A stretch of 64,000 nucleotides of DNA, taken from Proteromonas lacertae (Eukaryota). A model generated the notes under the pieces. It saw nothing but the letters and a program-made list of their open reading frames with translations, did not search any database and was not told the origin of the DNA. The position numbers and the translations under genes were made by a program. Location: the NCBI GenBank assembly GCA_002245135.1, contig NGBS01000894.1, forward strand, positions 1 through 64,000, read 5' to 3'. Positions 43,141 to 56,542 of this stretch are shown here, one piece after another (positions within the stretch are counted from its first letter, which is position 1; the number at the start of each line of letters is the position of its first letter).

Positions 43141-46100
43141 TTAAATAACAGGCGGATCTGGAACAGGTAATTCAACTGGCTTTGTATTAGACAAATCATA
43201 TTTCCATTCACTTGATCTATTACTGCTATTTGTTAAATTATTATTATTAAAAATGTTGTTATTATTATCCTCTTCATTAATTGTTAGTTGAATTGGGATA
43301 TTAATCAACATATTATTCAGATAGCTTAAATACTTCTGTAATTTATCATTAACTTGGAATAACTGTAAATATGTATAACTACTTTTTGTCGATAAAGTGA
43401 TATTCATTGTATTTATTATATCTTCATCGCTATCCATATCTGAAATAATAGAAATAATATCATTTTCAGGTATTTTCATTTCATAATTACTGAAATAATT
43501 GTTTGGTAATAAATTCAGAATAAACAAAACATTTTTCCTTTTCTTTGTTAATTCGATGAATAAATAATCAATTAATTCATATGATATACTGAACACACTA
43601 ATATAGGAATATATCAATTGAGAAAAAACAAAATTACCTTTGTTAAAATTGTATGAAACACCAAGAATGTAATTGATTAACTCAAATAAAACATCATTTG
43701 AATCTTTAAACACATTTGTAAAGTAAAAACAGAAATATTTGGAAGAATTGAATTTATTGGTATCTTGTATATCATCCAATTCCCATTCTATAAAAAGCGA
43801 TAAATTTAGTGATATATATGATATTAAATCTTTATCTTTAGTAATTTGATAAAATAAATTCCATATCATTCTTGATTCATTAGATAAGTGATAATAAAAC
43901 ATTGATTTGATATTGCAATATATCAGTCTTGTGAATAATATGTTGTATTTACAAATTTCTATCTTATATACTTTCAATATATTCAATATTATCTATATAA
44001 TACAAATAATAAAAAAAAGAATTATATACATTTCTATATCTATTATCTTGTAATTCACTAGTTATGTTTCTAACAAAGTATTTGTTGTTGAATAATCTTT
44101 TCATTACACATTCTGGACAGCAGTATATAATATTAATCACAACACTTATATCCTATATAAGAAAAAAATAACATCATTTTGTAAATACATTTTGTGTATA
44201 TAAATGATGAGAAATAATATGTTCTACTTCAAAAACATCATATATATTTTCATAATACTTAAAAATGTCATGTATATCTTTAAATAAATAAATCTGGTTA
44301 TTAATAACTACATCAATCAACGATTTAGTAAATATAGTTAGATTTGGTATAGTAGAAGTAGATAGAAAATTCTATTTACAATTAATATATTATTAAATAT
44401 ACATCTAATGTATTTTTTACTTCAATTATTGTGAATTGAGATTCATTATTGAATAGTGATAGTATATTGTCACTACTGTTAGTAATATTATAAAATTTAT
44501 AATGATCATAGTTTGAATCTCTTCTATTTATCACTGTAGTATTTAATAAATCTAATAAACTCTATAGAATAATAAAATGAATAATAATACCTTTCTATTG
44601 GAAGTTGAAACTTGATCTTCACTGCAATTATTCAAAAGAGATTGATATATTTGATTATTAGTAAAAGTATTTAAATTTGATAGTTTAAACAACAATTGTT
44701 GTTTTGTTTTTACTATAATATTATATATATATATACTAGCTATATACAATTATAATAATAAAGTATTTGATAGAATTTCAAGAACTTTTCTACATTATTC
44801 ATAAGATAATATTCTTCAATATATTCCATCATAACATCATCTAACTATAGAAATATATATAATATATAATAATATAATACCTTTATAATCTCAATGTAAA
44901 ATTTAATATATGGATGAGACAACATTAAAGTGAATGAATAATTGATATTATCCAATAAACAGTCATAAATTACATCAAACAATGATATATAGTATTTAAC
45001 ACTATTTGATGAAGATGAAATATTGTTATATATTAAATTAACTAAATCACTACTTACATGATTCAACAAATATGAACAGAATTGTTTAATGTAATATTCA
45101 CTAATAGTTTCACATATATAGCAATGATTCTTACAACTAATACAATCATAACGAAAATAATCATCCAAATTACATAAATAAATAAATGAAGGGAAAAAGG
45201 AAATATTAAACTCAACAATATGAAACCATTTGCATAGAAACAATAATAAATCTTTTGTAATATATGAATTGTTATAAATAAATTGAATTGATGTTAATAA
45301 TGAATGATATTTATCAATCACAATTTCCAAATCTAAAACCTTGTCATAGAAAAGCCAACTATCGTATATGGTAAGAATCTGAATTGAAGAAACTAATATT
45401 TCATTGTGTAAATACTTAGTTAATGGTAATATATCATATGCTTTATATAAACCATCTAATATATCATAAATATATTTCTCCGATATTGAAGATGTGGATG
45501 TAATAACAAAATCTGGATATAAGTAATGAATCACAGATTCTATTAAATTCTTCGGTATATGAGGAATTAAAATAGAAAAACAAAACAGTTTTTCACAATA
45601 GAAGTTATATTCAGGAAATATAACTTTAGAGAATGATGTTTTGATGTGTTGATTCAATAACAAATAATCATACTACAAAATAACAATAAAATTATAATAC
45701 CATATTCAGACTCGACATTGATACATCTTTAATCTTATTAATATCCTTGTATAAACAATAGTATATCTTATAGAATGATGTAAGATTTGAATTATCAGAA
45801 TTTATTAACCAACAGAAAAGATCATCAGTTACACCACTATATTCTTCCATTTCTTCTATATCTTTGTCTTCAAATAAATAATCTAAACATATCTAAACGT
45901 TATTAGAACAATAATACATTGATTATGTCTGAATAGTATTCATCTAATAATATGGGAAGATCTACCTGTTGAATTATCCAATTATATATATCATGCGCTA
46001 CCTTTTTCGAATTAATAGCGCCTACTACTTTATAGTACTGTTTAATGTCAAATTTGGTTGTATCGGGCTAAAATGAATATTCAGTTGTATCTATATACAG

Positions 46101-46152
46101 TATTTTCATTCATTTTAATTGTTCTTTTAATCAAATCTACATTCCAATCCAT
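43141..46152 (-). CDS. Large hypothetical, probably alpha-helical protein, multi-exon
   Basis: ATG at 46152 (MDWNVDLIKRTIK), long exons 45663-44845 and 43986-43141 linked by micro-introns, ends PVELPVPDPPVI-stop. No family recognised. Confidence 0.5.
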
Positions 46153-46199
46153 CTTATTTTTAAAAATAATTTGAAAAATACTCACTATAAGAATTCTAA

Positions 46200-49100
46200 T
46201 CTATTTTGCAAATAGGACTTATATACTTGACCCAAGCTGGGCTCGTTGAATTTTGACTTTAACACCATTTTCTTTTCGTTTTTTAATTGTCTTTAAGTTT
46301 GAATAAAAAGCCAATACTCTACACATCTATTAATTACATGTTGAAGTTTGTATTTAGCTATAAATTAAAAATATCAAATTTTAATGCTTTTTAGATAGAC
46401 TTTTAATAGAAATTCCAACTCGACAGAACCAACAATATTTCTAAATTAAGTAATATTTCATAACTAAATTCGCTTGCTATTAGTAAACTATCAAACACTG
46501 GGCAATTACTTTGTACCGAAGACTTAATAGAGTTCTTGAATTATTTTTATAGATAATATATAAATTGTAAATCTATGTGAGTAAAGCTAAGAAAATATCT
46601 CCTTGTATATAAATGACATTTCAAAATTTGAAGATCTATTCTAATTAGTTGTTATATAGTTACATCTAATGTTAAAACGTATAATTATAAAATTTATATT
46701 GCGTTATATGCACTTTCAAAGTAATATAGTAGAAAAAGTGATAAGCAACCTATATTACAAGTAACTTCAGATTGAATATTCATTTATTTGATTTATAATA
46801 GAGAAATTAATACACATTCATTAGTATATGAAGAGAAAAGTGAGAAAATAAAAAAAGTAAAAGAAGTAAAAATACATGTAATTGTCATCTTTTAATGTAA
46901 TTTAATTATAATTTCAAATATTATCATTTTGATTGTAATTTGTAATTTTAACATTTTTATTATCTTTAAACATGACTATATTTGCTAATTAAGATGATGA
47001 GAGTGATAATTAGTCTGTTTTTTAAATCCTATTACCTTTTCGACTTAATCTCGTAAAAGCTTGAATGTTTCTTTTAAATGTAAATTCTTTATTGTTTTTA
47101 TTGAGTTTAATTGCTTCAATAACTTATTTACTTTATCTTGAGATATAGAATTCTTCAGAAAGAAATAGTATAAGTATACCGATAATTTTTCTTTATCACT
47201 ATCGCCATTTCTACCTTCATATTCACTATCTCTATCATCATATAATACTGAATCATCTAATATTTCATCATTATTATCTTCATCATATACATTATTATTT
47301 CTATTAGAAATGTCATTCTTTGTTATAATATTAAGAATATTATAATCTTCATCATTAGTATTATCATCATTGTCACAACTATCTGTTTCATCTTCATAAC
47401 CATCTGCTGTTATATCATCATATTCGTTACTTATATTATTATTATCTACACCTATTCTTTTATTATTGTGTGTATCTTCTTATTAATTACTTTTTCTCTT
47501 CTTTTTCTTTTTCCTCTATTCATTACACTATCAATATTTATTTCATCTAGTGAAATATAATGAACTTTATCTTCTACAGGTATTGAAAAATGTAGTTACC
47601 TTTTCTATATTCTTCATTAATTGTTTCTTTAATTTTCAAAAACTCTATAACAGATGATTTATTGTTTCTACTTGCTCTTGTAACATATCCTTTACTTTGT
47701 ATTGTATAATTATATGACAATATTCTATCAATTATAACTTGTGTTAAATAATAAGGAAAATCAAATATTCCATATCTTCCACTGATTTTTTACTAGTATA
47801 ATTTCTTTTGAATTAAAATGGATTGATAGAATCTATATCATTAATACTACTTACCATTTTTTTATCACAATTGATTGTTTTTCCCTTTATTACATTAAAA
47901 CTTTTATAGAATTGAGGATAATATAATTTCTCTATTATAACCTCTTCATTTACTTTCTTTATAATTTCTCTATCCAACTTTCCAAAATCTCTGTATTTAT
48001 AATTAATTCTTTTATAACAATCAATGGTATATTTCTTTCTACATTTGTAGTAATTACTTTACTGAAATATATAAAAGCTAGAAATAGAAAGTTATCAATT
48101 ACTTTATCCATTATTACATCTTTTTCATTATTATAGAAAAGAAAATCTTCATTTTTATTATTTAAATTTTGTCTTAAGTAATATTGAACCACTTTTGTAG
48201 ATATGAATTGATTATTTTAATTATAATAACATTAAATCTTAACAATGTAATGATGATGGATGGTTTGTCTGTTTAAAAATATATATTTACTTTCTTATTA
48301 TTGTATATATTAATTAATTCATCAATATTTGTGAATTATTCATAAAAAACTACCTCGTTATCCTGACAAATAGTCAGTGGCTTAGGTATCTATTATTACA
48401 TTTATAATGGATGATGAGTATTAGTCACCATTATCTGTTTCTATTATAATAACCATACATCAAATGTATAGGAAGCTTTCACTTTACCTGTACTATCAGT
48501 TTATAATAACACTAATTCACAAAATCCATCAGTTTTTTAATCACAAATATTGTAATTCAAATAATCATATTCTCTTAGGTTTATCATATTCTCTCTTCTC
48601 TTCACTTCCTATATTCACAATTTGCATAACCAAGTCGAAAAATTACTCACTATACTCATTCTACTCACATGATAGTAATTTGTTGTAACATTAGTATAAA
48701 TACAATCACATATAAAATAATTCCTTGAATCTATTGAAATTTGATTTTTAGACAATAACTTATATAGCCAATAGATTAATTTGCATATTTACTTTCTCTT
48801 AACCGCCTTTCACTTCACATTTTTACTTGGATATTTATTTTAGCCATCTTTATGTGAATCAAACATCAAATTGACATGTACACTATATATTATTATCTAT
48901 TCACTATAATAAAAATAATCTAAACTTATACATTCATTTAATTTCTCAAAACTTAAAAACTGAAACGAATATAATTTTTGAAATACACTTTAATTCTTTT
49001 TTCTTCTGTTGTGTTATGAGTATATATAGTATATAATTTTATATAGAATATAACAATGGCAGCACAAGTGTTGTTATTACAGATAAATAATAGACAAAAC

Positions 49101-51100
49101 AATACAAAGAGCAGGAATTGATTATAATTGTTGAAGGAAGTATAATATTATCATATATGTTAATTAGATTAAAGTTTTAATAATTAAAAATCAAAGATAT
49201 TATAACTAAGGGAAGAATTAAGAACATTTGAAGAAAAAAATACAACTATCAGCTTTGATTTAGTCTGTCTTACTAAAGCTCATCAACTACATATACAAAC
49301 TCTTACCTTGCTAATACATTTGGCACTTTTGATATACAACATATTATTGAAGTTATAAGTAGTAGGAAATTCAACTATTTCTGTTAATTTAGCATATTGG
49401 TATTATAGCAATTATCATATATATAATCATTAATAGGTTATCTAAATTAGGTGTCAGACTAGGATAATTAGAATATAAACCAAGTTTACCATCAACGATT
49501 AATCCAACAAATACAAATAAGTATAATTGTTATTATAATATAAAATAGTAAAGTCTGATGATGAAGAAGCTAAGATGAATTAGTATATTTTTTATAATTA
49601 TTTTTGTTAGGATGAATTATTAGGTATGTTTATTCAAGAATTGGTGTGATTTCAGGTGTTGCCAAAACAGTAACTGTAGAAAAGACATATATCGTAATTA
49701 CAACAATTCATTCGATGAGAACACCAAAATTAAGTATGATGATACGAATATTCTGATTTTATTTTATTTATTTATAGTAATTAAAAAACTTGGAAGCTTC
49801 TAAACCATCTCCAATTCAAGAGTATTTAGCTGATGTTATTCTTGGATTAATTGATTTAGAAACAGTTTAATCATATTATTTATTGAATCAAGTTAATGAT
49901 AATCCTATATTTAAGAAGTATTTGATCTATTATTTACTCTATTAGTTTTTACTCCATTATATGAAAATAACATTTGGTGGATTTGTATATAGTGGTATTA
50001 TTGAGTTAGTATATCCAGTATTATTTTTATTATTTTATAATAGGTAAATGAATATATTCTTATAAGTATATTAGTATATTATTCTTATTTATATATTGTT
50101 AGTAGAGTATTGAATATAATTTCAATAATTCAAAGTATATTCTTATTTATATATTATCATTAGATGAATTGCATTAGAATTCCAGGTGAAGAACAGTAGA
50201 AACATCCAGTTTATATATTATATTTTATAATTAGAAAAAGTATAACTATTTTAGTATATTATTTTTATTATAGCTGATTAGCATTGTACTAATCGATGAA
50301 AGGCAGAGAATATCAGCAACTTGCATGTTTAGCTATACTGGTATGTTTTAATTTGTCATTATGTTTTAATTTGTCATTATGTTTATAGATATTATAGATG
50401 ATTATATAAGTATTATAGTTATTTTTATATTTTAATAGTTATTTTATTAGAATAGCAACAGAATTCCAGGGGAGAAGAATATTGATTCAGTAATTTATCT
50501 ATAATATATGTTATACAGTGTATTTATGGGGTTTAGCTATTCAGATTAACATAATATTACAGCATATAGTGCTGGCATGAAAAATATTTTGATATCTTCT
50601 TAATTAGAAGCAATTAGTCAAAAATAGCAATATGACTCTATTTAACTACACACACATACATCAAAAATCACATAATATCACGATTACATTCAATTACCTA
50701 GTCAAAATTAATATCGTCCTTTCTGGAATACTCCTATAATATACATATCGTATATAGGTAGTGATTACGTATAAAATTTATTAACATATTTCAGTCCCTA
50801 TTAGCCAAATACGTGGTATTTAAAATCAGTACAGTTCGAGATGTATTATAGTTTTTAAAGCTAATAAATGATATAAATCAAATAAAAATATATCAATGTT
50901 ATTATTTATGTTTGTTGTTATTCAATTATAATGTAAAATATCAAAAACAGACGAATGACATGAAAGAGGTAATTATGAAACTAAATATACTATGATAAAG
51001 CTCAAAGCATGATACATCGTTTGACAAATTTTTACTATTTTATTCCTTATGGTTATTGAGAAAAATCTATTTAAAGTCACAAAAAGCACTTAGAAAATTC
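46200..51100. pseudogene. Decayed coding-like region (possible gene or transposon relics)
   Basis: No intact long ORF. Minus-strand fragments (47959-48192; acidic tract ~47200-47450) and plus-strand exon/intron-like pieces at 49056-50600 carry many stops. Confidence 0.3.
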
Positions 51101-51156
51101 TTATCGTGCTCAAACCTACATCTAAATAATAACCATTATATATTTATATCTATTGT

Positions 51157-52488
51157 ATGTTTATATTACAAAAATCAGTGAAACACATCCAGAATGGTAT
51201 TATAAAGACTAATCAGCTATATTTACATCAAATGTCTTTTAGCAGTTGTAGCATACCTATAGTATTACCTATATCAGAAATATCACAGCATTTATTAAAC
51301 GAAAAAATGAAATTACTCTCTTCACAAATTCAATCAGCTCAAGACTTAGTGAAGCTGTCTAAATCACTTATTCTTAAAGATAATAAACCATATAGAACAT
51401 GTATAATTGCTTATACACCAGAAGATGCAAAACAATTACTAAATCGCTTTGATTTCATTCCAGAACCTAATTCAAAACACATTTTATCGTTTCTATATAC
51501 TGGTCAAGGATCTCAATACTCTAATATGTCAAAAATGTTATATGATCAATCAAAATTATTTCAAGAAACAATGAACAATTGTTCAAATCAAATACCAGTA
51601 AAACCATCATTATGTGATATATTATACAGTAATTCACCATTGATAAATGATACAAAATATACTCAATCAATCCTTTTTATATTAGAATACAATTTAACCA
51701 AATTATTAGAAAATTTTAATGTAAAACCAGATATTGTATTAGGTCATAGTCTAGGTGAATATACAGCTGCAACAGTAAGTAATATTATGTCATTTAAAGA
51801 TGCATTAAATCTAATATACTATAGAAGTGAGCTAATTAGCAAATTAGAATATAATGTGAGTGGGATGTTATCAATATTTAGTAATAAAAATGAAGTGAAT
51901 AAATTGATAAGTGATAATGATAGTGATGTATCTATTGCTGCTATGAATGGTCCAAAATCAATTGTTTGTAGTGGATATATAAAAGATCTTAAATTATTAC
52001 AGTCTAATTTAAAGAAAAAGAAAATAAAATCAAAGTTTTTAACTGTTTCGCATGCCTTTCATTCAAAATTACAAATGCCTATATTATCTCCTTTTTATAA
52101 ATTTGCAAAAACAATAAAATATAACAAACCAACCAACATAATAATATCAAATATAACTGGAGAATATTCGCCTAATTATATTACAACACCTGAATATTGG
52201 AGAGATCATATTATATCAACAGTTCAATTTGAAAAGTCAATAATTGAATTAGATAAAAGAAAATCTGATATAGTAATTGAGATTGGACCAAAACCAACTT
52301 TAATTAATATGGCTAAAAGATGTATTAATAATAATAATAATAATAATAGTATTAATTTCTTATCATTGTTATATAAAGATAAATATAATAATGTAGAAAG
52401 CTTGTTAAATGTGTTGAAGTTTTTATATTTGAAGAATTATGATATAAATTGGAGAAATCTTTTAGATTTTAAGTTTTATAATTTTTAA
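51157..52488 (+). CDS. Stand-alone type I PKS-like acyltransferase (malonyl-CoA:ACP transacylase-like), intronless
   Basis: FLYTGQGSQY, active site GHSLGEY, malonyl-type HAFHS, IEIGPKPTL, and a post-AT linker LYLKNYDINW. Confidence 0.88.
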   Translation: MFILQKSVKHIQNGIIKTNQLYLHQMSFSSCSIPIVLPISEISQHLLNEKMKLLSSQIQSAQDLVKLSKSLILKDNKPYRTCIIAYTPEDAKQLLNRFDFIPEPNSKHILSFLYTGQGSQYSNMSKMLYDQSKLFQETMNNCSNQIPVKPSLCDILYSNSPLINDTKYTQSILFILEYNLTKLLENFNVKPDIVLGHSLGEYTAATVSNIMSFKDALNLIYYRSELISKLEYNVSGMLSIFSNKNEVNKLISDNDSDVSIAAMNGPKSIVCSGYIKDLKLLQSNLKKKKIKSKFLTVSHAFHSKLQMPILSPFYKFAKTIKYNKPTNIIISNITGEYSPNYITTPEYWRDHIISTVQFEKSIIELDKRKSDIVIEIGPKPTLINMAKRCINNNNNNNSINFLSLLYKDKYNNVESLLNVLKFLYLKNYDINWRNLLDFKFYNF

Positions 52489-52611
52489 TTTATTTATATT
52501 GTATTTTTAATAATAAACAAATCACAATAAAAATTAATAATATAACAAGTATAAAAAACGAATCTACTTAAAGATACTTAATTGTTAAAAAAAAAGAAGA
52601 GAAAAAAATCA

Positions 52612-54295
52612 CTATAAACTCCACGATGTTGATCTTGGTCTATTTAATTTCTTTTGAGAAGCTACAAGATAAGTCCATCTACTAATCATATCTTTTTTTA
52701 ATCTAATAATAATTGTATTATTACTTTTAAGATAAGATGAACTATTAGCAACAATAGAACCATGTAAAGGATGAAGTGATAATGTGTAAGTTACAGTTGG
52801 TGAATAAATACACATATTCACTTTCCTTACATCAAATTCACACTTTATATCATCTTCTTTTATATTCTTAAATTCGGTATTTGAAAATGTTATTATTACC
52901 ATTTCATATTTATCTTCCCATGCATATTCTGTTATTTCTTTAGTTGGTCTTTCAGATACACTTCCTTCAAAAGCATTATCAGATTCACTATCTCCTAATC
53001 GATCTTCTTCTCCTTTTATTTTCATACTATTTGTTGTACTTGCAAACCTTAACAATAAAGCACCAATTGCACCAAAGAACCCTTCATGCTCTAAAAATAA
53101 CGGTTTGATTTTACTACCAGACCAATACAGCAAAGAATAAGCCAATGAATTCATTGCAATTTTATTATTTGTAAAGAAATTACCACTAAACACAATCCTC
53201 TTTATTTCATACCTAAGTGAGTGTAAATAAGCTATCGAACCAACATTGTTAGTAATCATAGCCATTACAGCTGCAGCAATATCTTCAGGCTTGGCATCTT
53301 TCCTCTTTTCAGGTCGAATCATCTTACCGAAACTACTGGCAACTACTGTCCCTTTTAAATTAAACATTTCATAATCACCACCATATATATCTTGAACTAA
53401 CATATCCACTTTCTGTTGATTACCTCTACTGGCAAGATTGACACACTCTTCAAACGTGTTTGCTCCTGTGAGTGTTGATACTAATCCAGTAAAAGTTGCA
53501 CCACCTAAACAACTACCTCCAACTCTTTCACAAAAATTAGGACTATCAACTCGCAGAAAACTTACTCCTGAACCAAAATTGACTAATAAAAATGGATAAG
53601 GTGATTCTATTTGACGTTCAACCTATTACATATAATATAATAATTATAATATTTATATACTTTTGTTGGATTTTTCTTTGGTTCTAATATTGTATAACAT
53701 TCATTTTTATGATTCTCCAACATATAGGCTATTCCTCTTATTAAACATTCTAATTCATCTCCTTTAGGACATGGTGTACCTAATACTTCTTCAAATAATT
53801 TAGCATATTTGACTGCACCACCTCCTGTAGCTTGAATTCTCACTTTTGGATTGGCTAATCCATTAGCAGTTACTAATTTCATCGCATTTTCCATTTGTGA
53901 TGATTGAAAGTGGATGAAATGTAGTGTTCCTTGTAATGCATTTATGTGACATCTTAGATTATCATCTCTTTGACCAGTTGATCCATATGTGGAACTCTTA
54001 TACATGTAATCCATAGCTTTCTTTTCTTACAATAAAATTAAAGTATTTTTTATGAAATAAAATAACAAAATAAAGGATATAAATTCTTCTTCACTTTCAC
54101 GCACATCATCTGGTTCGAAAAATACTATTTTTGCTAAAGAACCACCAATATCAATAGCACAGGCAGGAGATTTCAAATCACTCCTATGAAATAAAAAATT
54201 AATCTATACTCCTCTATTTCTATCGGTCGTGGCGTTACTGCACCACGGCCATCAGTATTTCTATTGCTTGATGGTCGTTGGTTTGATTTGTTCAT
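52612..54295 (-). CDS. PANK: Type II (eukaryotic, fumble-like) pantothenate kinase with a C-terminal CS domain
   Basis: AIDIGGSLAK, ATGGGAVKY, DELECLIRG, YPFLLVNFGSGVS, RVGGSCLGGATF, VDMLVQDIYGG, VASSFGK and FLEHEGFFGAIGA; three introns; TAG at 52614-52612. Confidence 0.93.
54021..54080 (-). other. Candidate U12-type (minor spliceosome) intron in PANK
   Basis: The intron starts ATATCCTTT at 54080, has branch-like TACTTTAAT, and in-frame 3' ends at AA (54027) or AG (54021). Confidence 0.65.
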
Positions 54296-54368
54296 CAAAA
54301 AGAAAAAAAAAGAATGAGATGAAATTGGTTATCCAAAATTTTGGATAGATAACATTAATTAAAATATA

Positions 54369-56351
54369 ATGAATGTAAGTTCAGATATATACAATACGCC
54401 TTATTATAACAAGTGTATATGCATGGATGATATGGATAATGTAATATCGATAATGGAAGACAGACTGATTATTTGTAATAGTAATAAAGCAGATTCAGAG
54501 AGTATTATATCATTAGACAAAGAGAAATTAAAAATATTTTATGTATTGTTGTTATGATTTGATCAACTAGGAATCTTCTTTACCAATCGATTTAACTCTA
54601 CGGTTTAAGTATTTATCTCAAAAATTCGAGTTTGAAGTATTTTAAAATTGCATTTATGATAATTAAATTAGGTCCACTTTGTATCATTTACTTTATTTAA
54701 GACAATTTATAACCAGCCGTATATAATAGCAATAACAAACTTAAAAACCGTTCATGTTTATTCTGAAACACCACTATATTCATCCTGGAGAGAATTAATA
54801 ATCGTCCATATAAACGATATGATAGAAAATCCAACAGAATTAAATACTGAATTAAATTGCATTGAGAAGTTATTTATAAATGACAAGTATGTAATTATAG
54901 CAATAGGAACCATTAATAGTATTATATTTCAATAGTATATATATATATATATTTAATATGAATATAATAGTTATTATTTTAATGAAAATTCATTTGAATC
55001 AATTACTTGTGAAAATTATATTGAAACAAACAGAACAATTAATTTAATGCAGTTTGAACAGGATAAGAACCAATTAATAATATCTTATAGTAATTTTGAA
55101 TTAAATGTATTATCAATTAATTATGATGAAGAGAAGAAATTGCTATCTTCACAGTTTCAATATAAATTTGATTTTTCATCATTATTTCAACCATTAATAG
55201 CTGTTTGTAACACTAATGTTGATAATAATATCTATTATTTGTTATATCATTCAATTATAAAAGTAGTAGATAATGAAGTAATAACATTATTTGATATTGA
55301 TAGTAAATTAATTGGTATGAAAATATATGATAAGTTTATATTTACAATGACAAATAATGGTGAAGTATATGTATTGGAAGATGTAGGTAAAACAATGAAT
55401 AGTATTAATTATTATTATTATTAAAATAGTTATAAAAAAGATATCGTTTAAATCTGACTATGATGGTACAGAAAGATTCACAGGATTTATTTCATCAACA
55501 TTAAATCAACCAAATAAAGACGGTTTATCTATAATAACAATTCGTACAAAATCAAGTAGAGAGAATTCTTATGTTTTCAATAAATATATGCATCATAGTT
55601 TTATTATTGTTATTCCAATATTGACTTTATATAATGATGATTCTACAATTATGAAAATATTGAAAAGTGAAATAGATGAGATAATAAATAGAGATTATAA
55701 TGATAATACATATGTTTCAAGACAGGATGTAGTATGGTATTTGAAACAAGTAAATGACATTGAAAGTATATATTTATATTATTGTTTATAATATAATTAG
55801 AAACAAAAGAAGTAATACAATATTTACTTAGTCTTAAAAATCTATCTTCAGTAAGATTTGCTTATTATATTTCTGTAATATTTGAAATTAATAATGTCAA
55901 TATAAATAACTTGATTTTAGCAAATATATTGTATAGATTTGATAATTATTTAAAGTTACCTAAAGAGAAACAGTTACTATGGGAAGATTACATTAGAAGA
56001 ATGTTGTACATATCAGATATACTAACATTTGATGATGAAAGAATCAATGAAATGAAAAGTGTAGTAATAAATACAAAGGAATATGATGTAATTGATAAAT
56101 GTCCATATTGTGATGTAGATGTTCCACTAACACAGTTTAGTAACTTCAATTGCAGTAATTCACATCCGTTGGTTAGATGTTTGAATTCTTTCAAATTCTT
56201 GTCAGATTATGATGGTTTTGTATGTAGTGTTTGTGGTGCAGAATATAATAATGTTAATAACAGTGAAATTGAGAGTTGGATGGGGAATGTGAAGAATAAA
56301 AATGTACTAGTTTGTATATTATGTGGAAATATACTTAAAAAAGACGTTTAA
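54369..56351 (+). CDS. TFIIIC 90 kDa/Tfc8 (GTF3C4)-like subunit, multi-exon
   Basis: C-terminal KCPYC..NCSNSHPLVRCLNSF..CSVC..CILCG matches the zf-TFIIIC zinc finger; the N-terminal part is beta-propeller-like. Confidence 0.65.
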
Positions 56352-56410
56352 GGATGTATTTATTATTTTTTTGGGATTGATTGAAGAGATAAAAAAAAGA
56401 AAAAAAGAAA

Positions 56411-56493
56411 TCCGAACTGCCGGGATCGAACCAGCGACCCACAGATAACAAAGAAGCTACAGTCTGTTGCTCTTCCAACTGAGCTAAGTTCGG
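56411..56493 (-). tRNA. tRNA-Tyr (GTA) with a 10-nt intron (56447-56456)
   Basis: Reverse complement CCGAACT TA GCTC AGTTGGAA GAGC A ACAGA CTGTAG [CTTCTTTGTT] A TCTGT GGGTC GCTGG TTCGATC CCGGC AGTTCGG A; eukaryotic C1-G72/A73 Tyr identity; oligo-T downstream. Confidence 0.95.
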
Positions 56494-56542
56494 ATCTGAT
56501 AAATTTTTTAATTGAAAGTTTATATAACCTTTGAGAAATATT

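Noticed and set aside
51157..54295. Polyketide biosynthetic gene cluster
   Set aside because: Only an AT domain is present; there is no KS, ACP, KR, TE or PPTase in the window.
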